Source: Haliotis rufescens
Taxonomy: Eukaryota
Length of the DNA stretch: 64,000 nt
Assembly: GCF_023055435.1 (NCBI RefSeq)
Contig: NW_025964001.1
Span: forward strand, 16,616,001-16,680,000
Direction: 5' to 3'
The notes under the pieces are model-generated. The model had not been told where the DNA came from. It saw nothing but the letters and a program-made list of their open reading frames with translations, and searched no databases. This document shows, in pieces, positions 50,010 to 64,000 of this stretch. The stretch's first letter is position 1, and every line of letters starts with the position of its first letter. Made by a program: the position numbers and the translations under genes.

Positions 50010-50710
50010 TGACACACACTCCACAATCTATTGATACACAAATCACAATAATCTTTCATGTTTATTGATACACAGTCCACAATAATCATTCATGTCTGTT
50101 GATACACAATCATCGATAACCCGCCAAATCTAGTGATACACAATCCACAATAATCGTTCATGTGTATTGATACACAATCCACAATAATCGTCCATGTGTA
50201 TTGATACACAATCCACAATAATCATTCATTTTTATTGATACACAATCCACAATAATCGTTCATGTGTATTGATACACAATCCACAATAATCGTTCATGTG
50301 TATTGATACACAATCCACAATAATCATTCATGTTTATTGATACACAATCCACAATAATCGTTCATGTGTATTGATACACAATCCACAATAATCATTCATG
50401 TTTATTGATACACAATCCACAATAATCGTTCATGTGTATTGATACACAATCCACAATAATCGTTCATGTGTATTGATACACAATCCACAATAATCGTTCA
50501 TGTGTATTGATACACAATCCACAATAATCGTTCATGTTTGTTGATACACAATCCACAATAATCGTTCATGTTTGTTGATACACAATCATCGATAACCCGT
50601 CAAATCTAGTGATACATAATCCACAATATTCTGTCATGTTTATCGATACACAATCCACAATATCTGTTGATACACTATCCTGTCTATTAATGGACGATCC
50701 ACAATAACAT
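50010..50710. repeat. 34-bp minisatellite (TGATACACAATCCACAATAATCGTTCATGTGTAT)
   Basis: Direct tandem repetition with a homogeneous core at 50130-50590. Confidence 0.9.
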
Positions 50711-51602
50711 CTAAGATCAAATGCTGAAAAGAAAAACAATTTATGAATGACCAAGTATATATGAACATTTTCGTCGCTTGATAGATAACCCAGAACCTAT
50801 TTTATCTGCTGGTTTTAATTTTAATGTTTCAAACATATTTTATTAACATTAAAAGGTCAAATGGATTCGTCAAAAATTGCCTCACTCACGGCACATTTAG
50901 GACAAACAAATATACAGATAGCGGACAGTAGTGCAAATATTAAACATTGAAATCAATGCGAAATGTGCACAATACATGAGCCGGTACTATACTGTTACTA
51001 CTATTATATATAAAATAATTCCGACCAACAGACAAATTAGCTTGTTACATAAACGAAACCATATTACAAGCATTTATGTATAAGCGCAATGAATATTAGG
51101 CCCATGTCACCGTATGACAGATGCGCCTTACTTGTATACATGTATGTTTATGTAAATGTATGCAGACCTATATAAAACAATTAGATAAAATATTCTTTTT
51201 TTTTCAATTTTATTATTTTTTACAATAAAGACCTGATCCGAGGGACTCATTTTGTATTTCCGACTCACGTGAGTTGTACGAGATACTGTGTCGTCCTCCA
51301 TTAAGAGATCCGTTTTCACTTCGCTGTTCATTTGCGTTTTCTGTTATTCAACGAGGCCCGGCTTTGCTAAGTCGGCCTAATCCATTCAAAGCTCGTTTCC
51401 GAAACCCTCCCATAATACCAGTGTGTCAGGTTAGATAATTATATTTACTAAAATCGAAACTGGATGTCGACATTGACTGTAATTAGAGCTAAATACACTT
51501 TTTGACGGTCCCGTGCCGACTTCGTTTCACATGCAGTTTGCAAATTTGAGTTTGGCGGGAAACCGTGCTATGTGATGTGTAACCCCCGTACCTTGTTATC
51601 AA

Positions 51603-51620
51603 CCATTCAAGATGGCGGCG
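51603..51620 (+). promoter_or_regulatory. YY1 motif (CAAGATGGCGGCG) near the PPP4R3 transcription start
   Basis: Canonical YY1 site in a CpG-rich region about 330 bp upstream of the ATG. Confidence 0.55.
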
Positions 51621-51911
51621 ATTGTAGACTTCAACCTGTATCGAGATTGAAGTTTCATTTGGAAATATTAGGATTAATATTTAATTATGAGCGCATCTAT
51701 TAGCGCACAACAGATTTTATCCCATTCCAAAATGTGTGGCTCATAAAATTAATTTCCAACGGAGGGTTTTAGACGTTTTCCGGAATTTTTACGGGCCGAT
51801 GTGTGGCGGTGTTTTGAATGTGTGAACTTCATGGCGTCTGGGTGATACTAAACCACCCTTGATGATCGCCAGCTGAAATTAGCGCGACATATATTCTTGG
51901 ATCTCTGGTGA

Positions 51912-63863
<11,952 letters not shown>

Positions 63864-64000
63864 GTAAGTCCTGTCTGAAAATACTTGTAGAATTACCTTC
63901 ATCCTCTTAATAAAAAAGTGTTCAAAATTAAGGGGAGTGTTTAGGTTCTCCTTGCTGGAATCTGTCCAAGGATCTATCTAGACCTGCTCGAATGCTGCAG

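Overview
AT-rich, repeat-rich animal genomic DNA, most likely a mollusc. The SINE families resemble those I recall from abalone/gastropods; this is an inference. I can reconstruct three protein-coding genes. (1) A complete 24-exon NXF1/TAP mRNA export factor on the minus strand (CDS 25156->3190, 638 aa). (2) A 505-aa protein encoded in one coding exon on the minus strand (38597->37080), carrying a divergent SARM1-like TIR domain, with an RFX X-box at its probable promoter. (3) The first seven exons of PPP4R3/SMEK on the plus strand (51936->63863, continuing past the window). The rest is SINEs, MITEs, a decayed LINE and five minisatellite/satellite arrays. The main finding is in the NXF1 intron between the conserved 110-nt and 37-nt exons (12288-14792, equivalent to vertebrate retained intron 10). 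It contains a constitutive transport element (CTE) at 13565-13610 whose two NXF1-binding loop strands match the Mason-Pfizer monkey virus CTE as I recall it. The CTE sits in an extended hairpin and is bracketed by a long-range RNA duplex, and the intron begins with an in-frame stop. This points to CTE-based NXF1 autoregulation and intron-retained mRNA export in a protostome; I know this system only from vertebrates and retroviruses.
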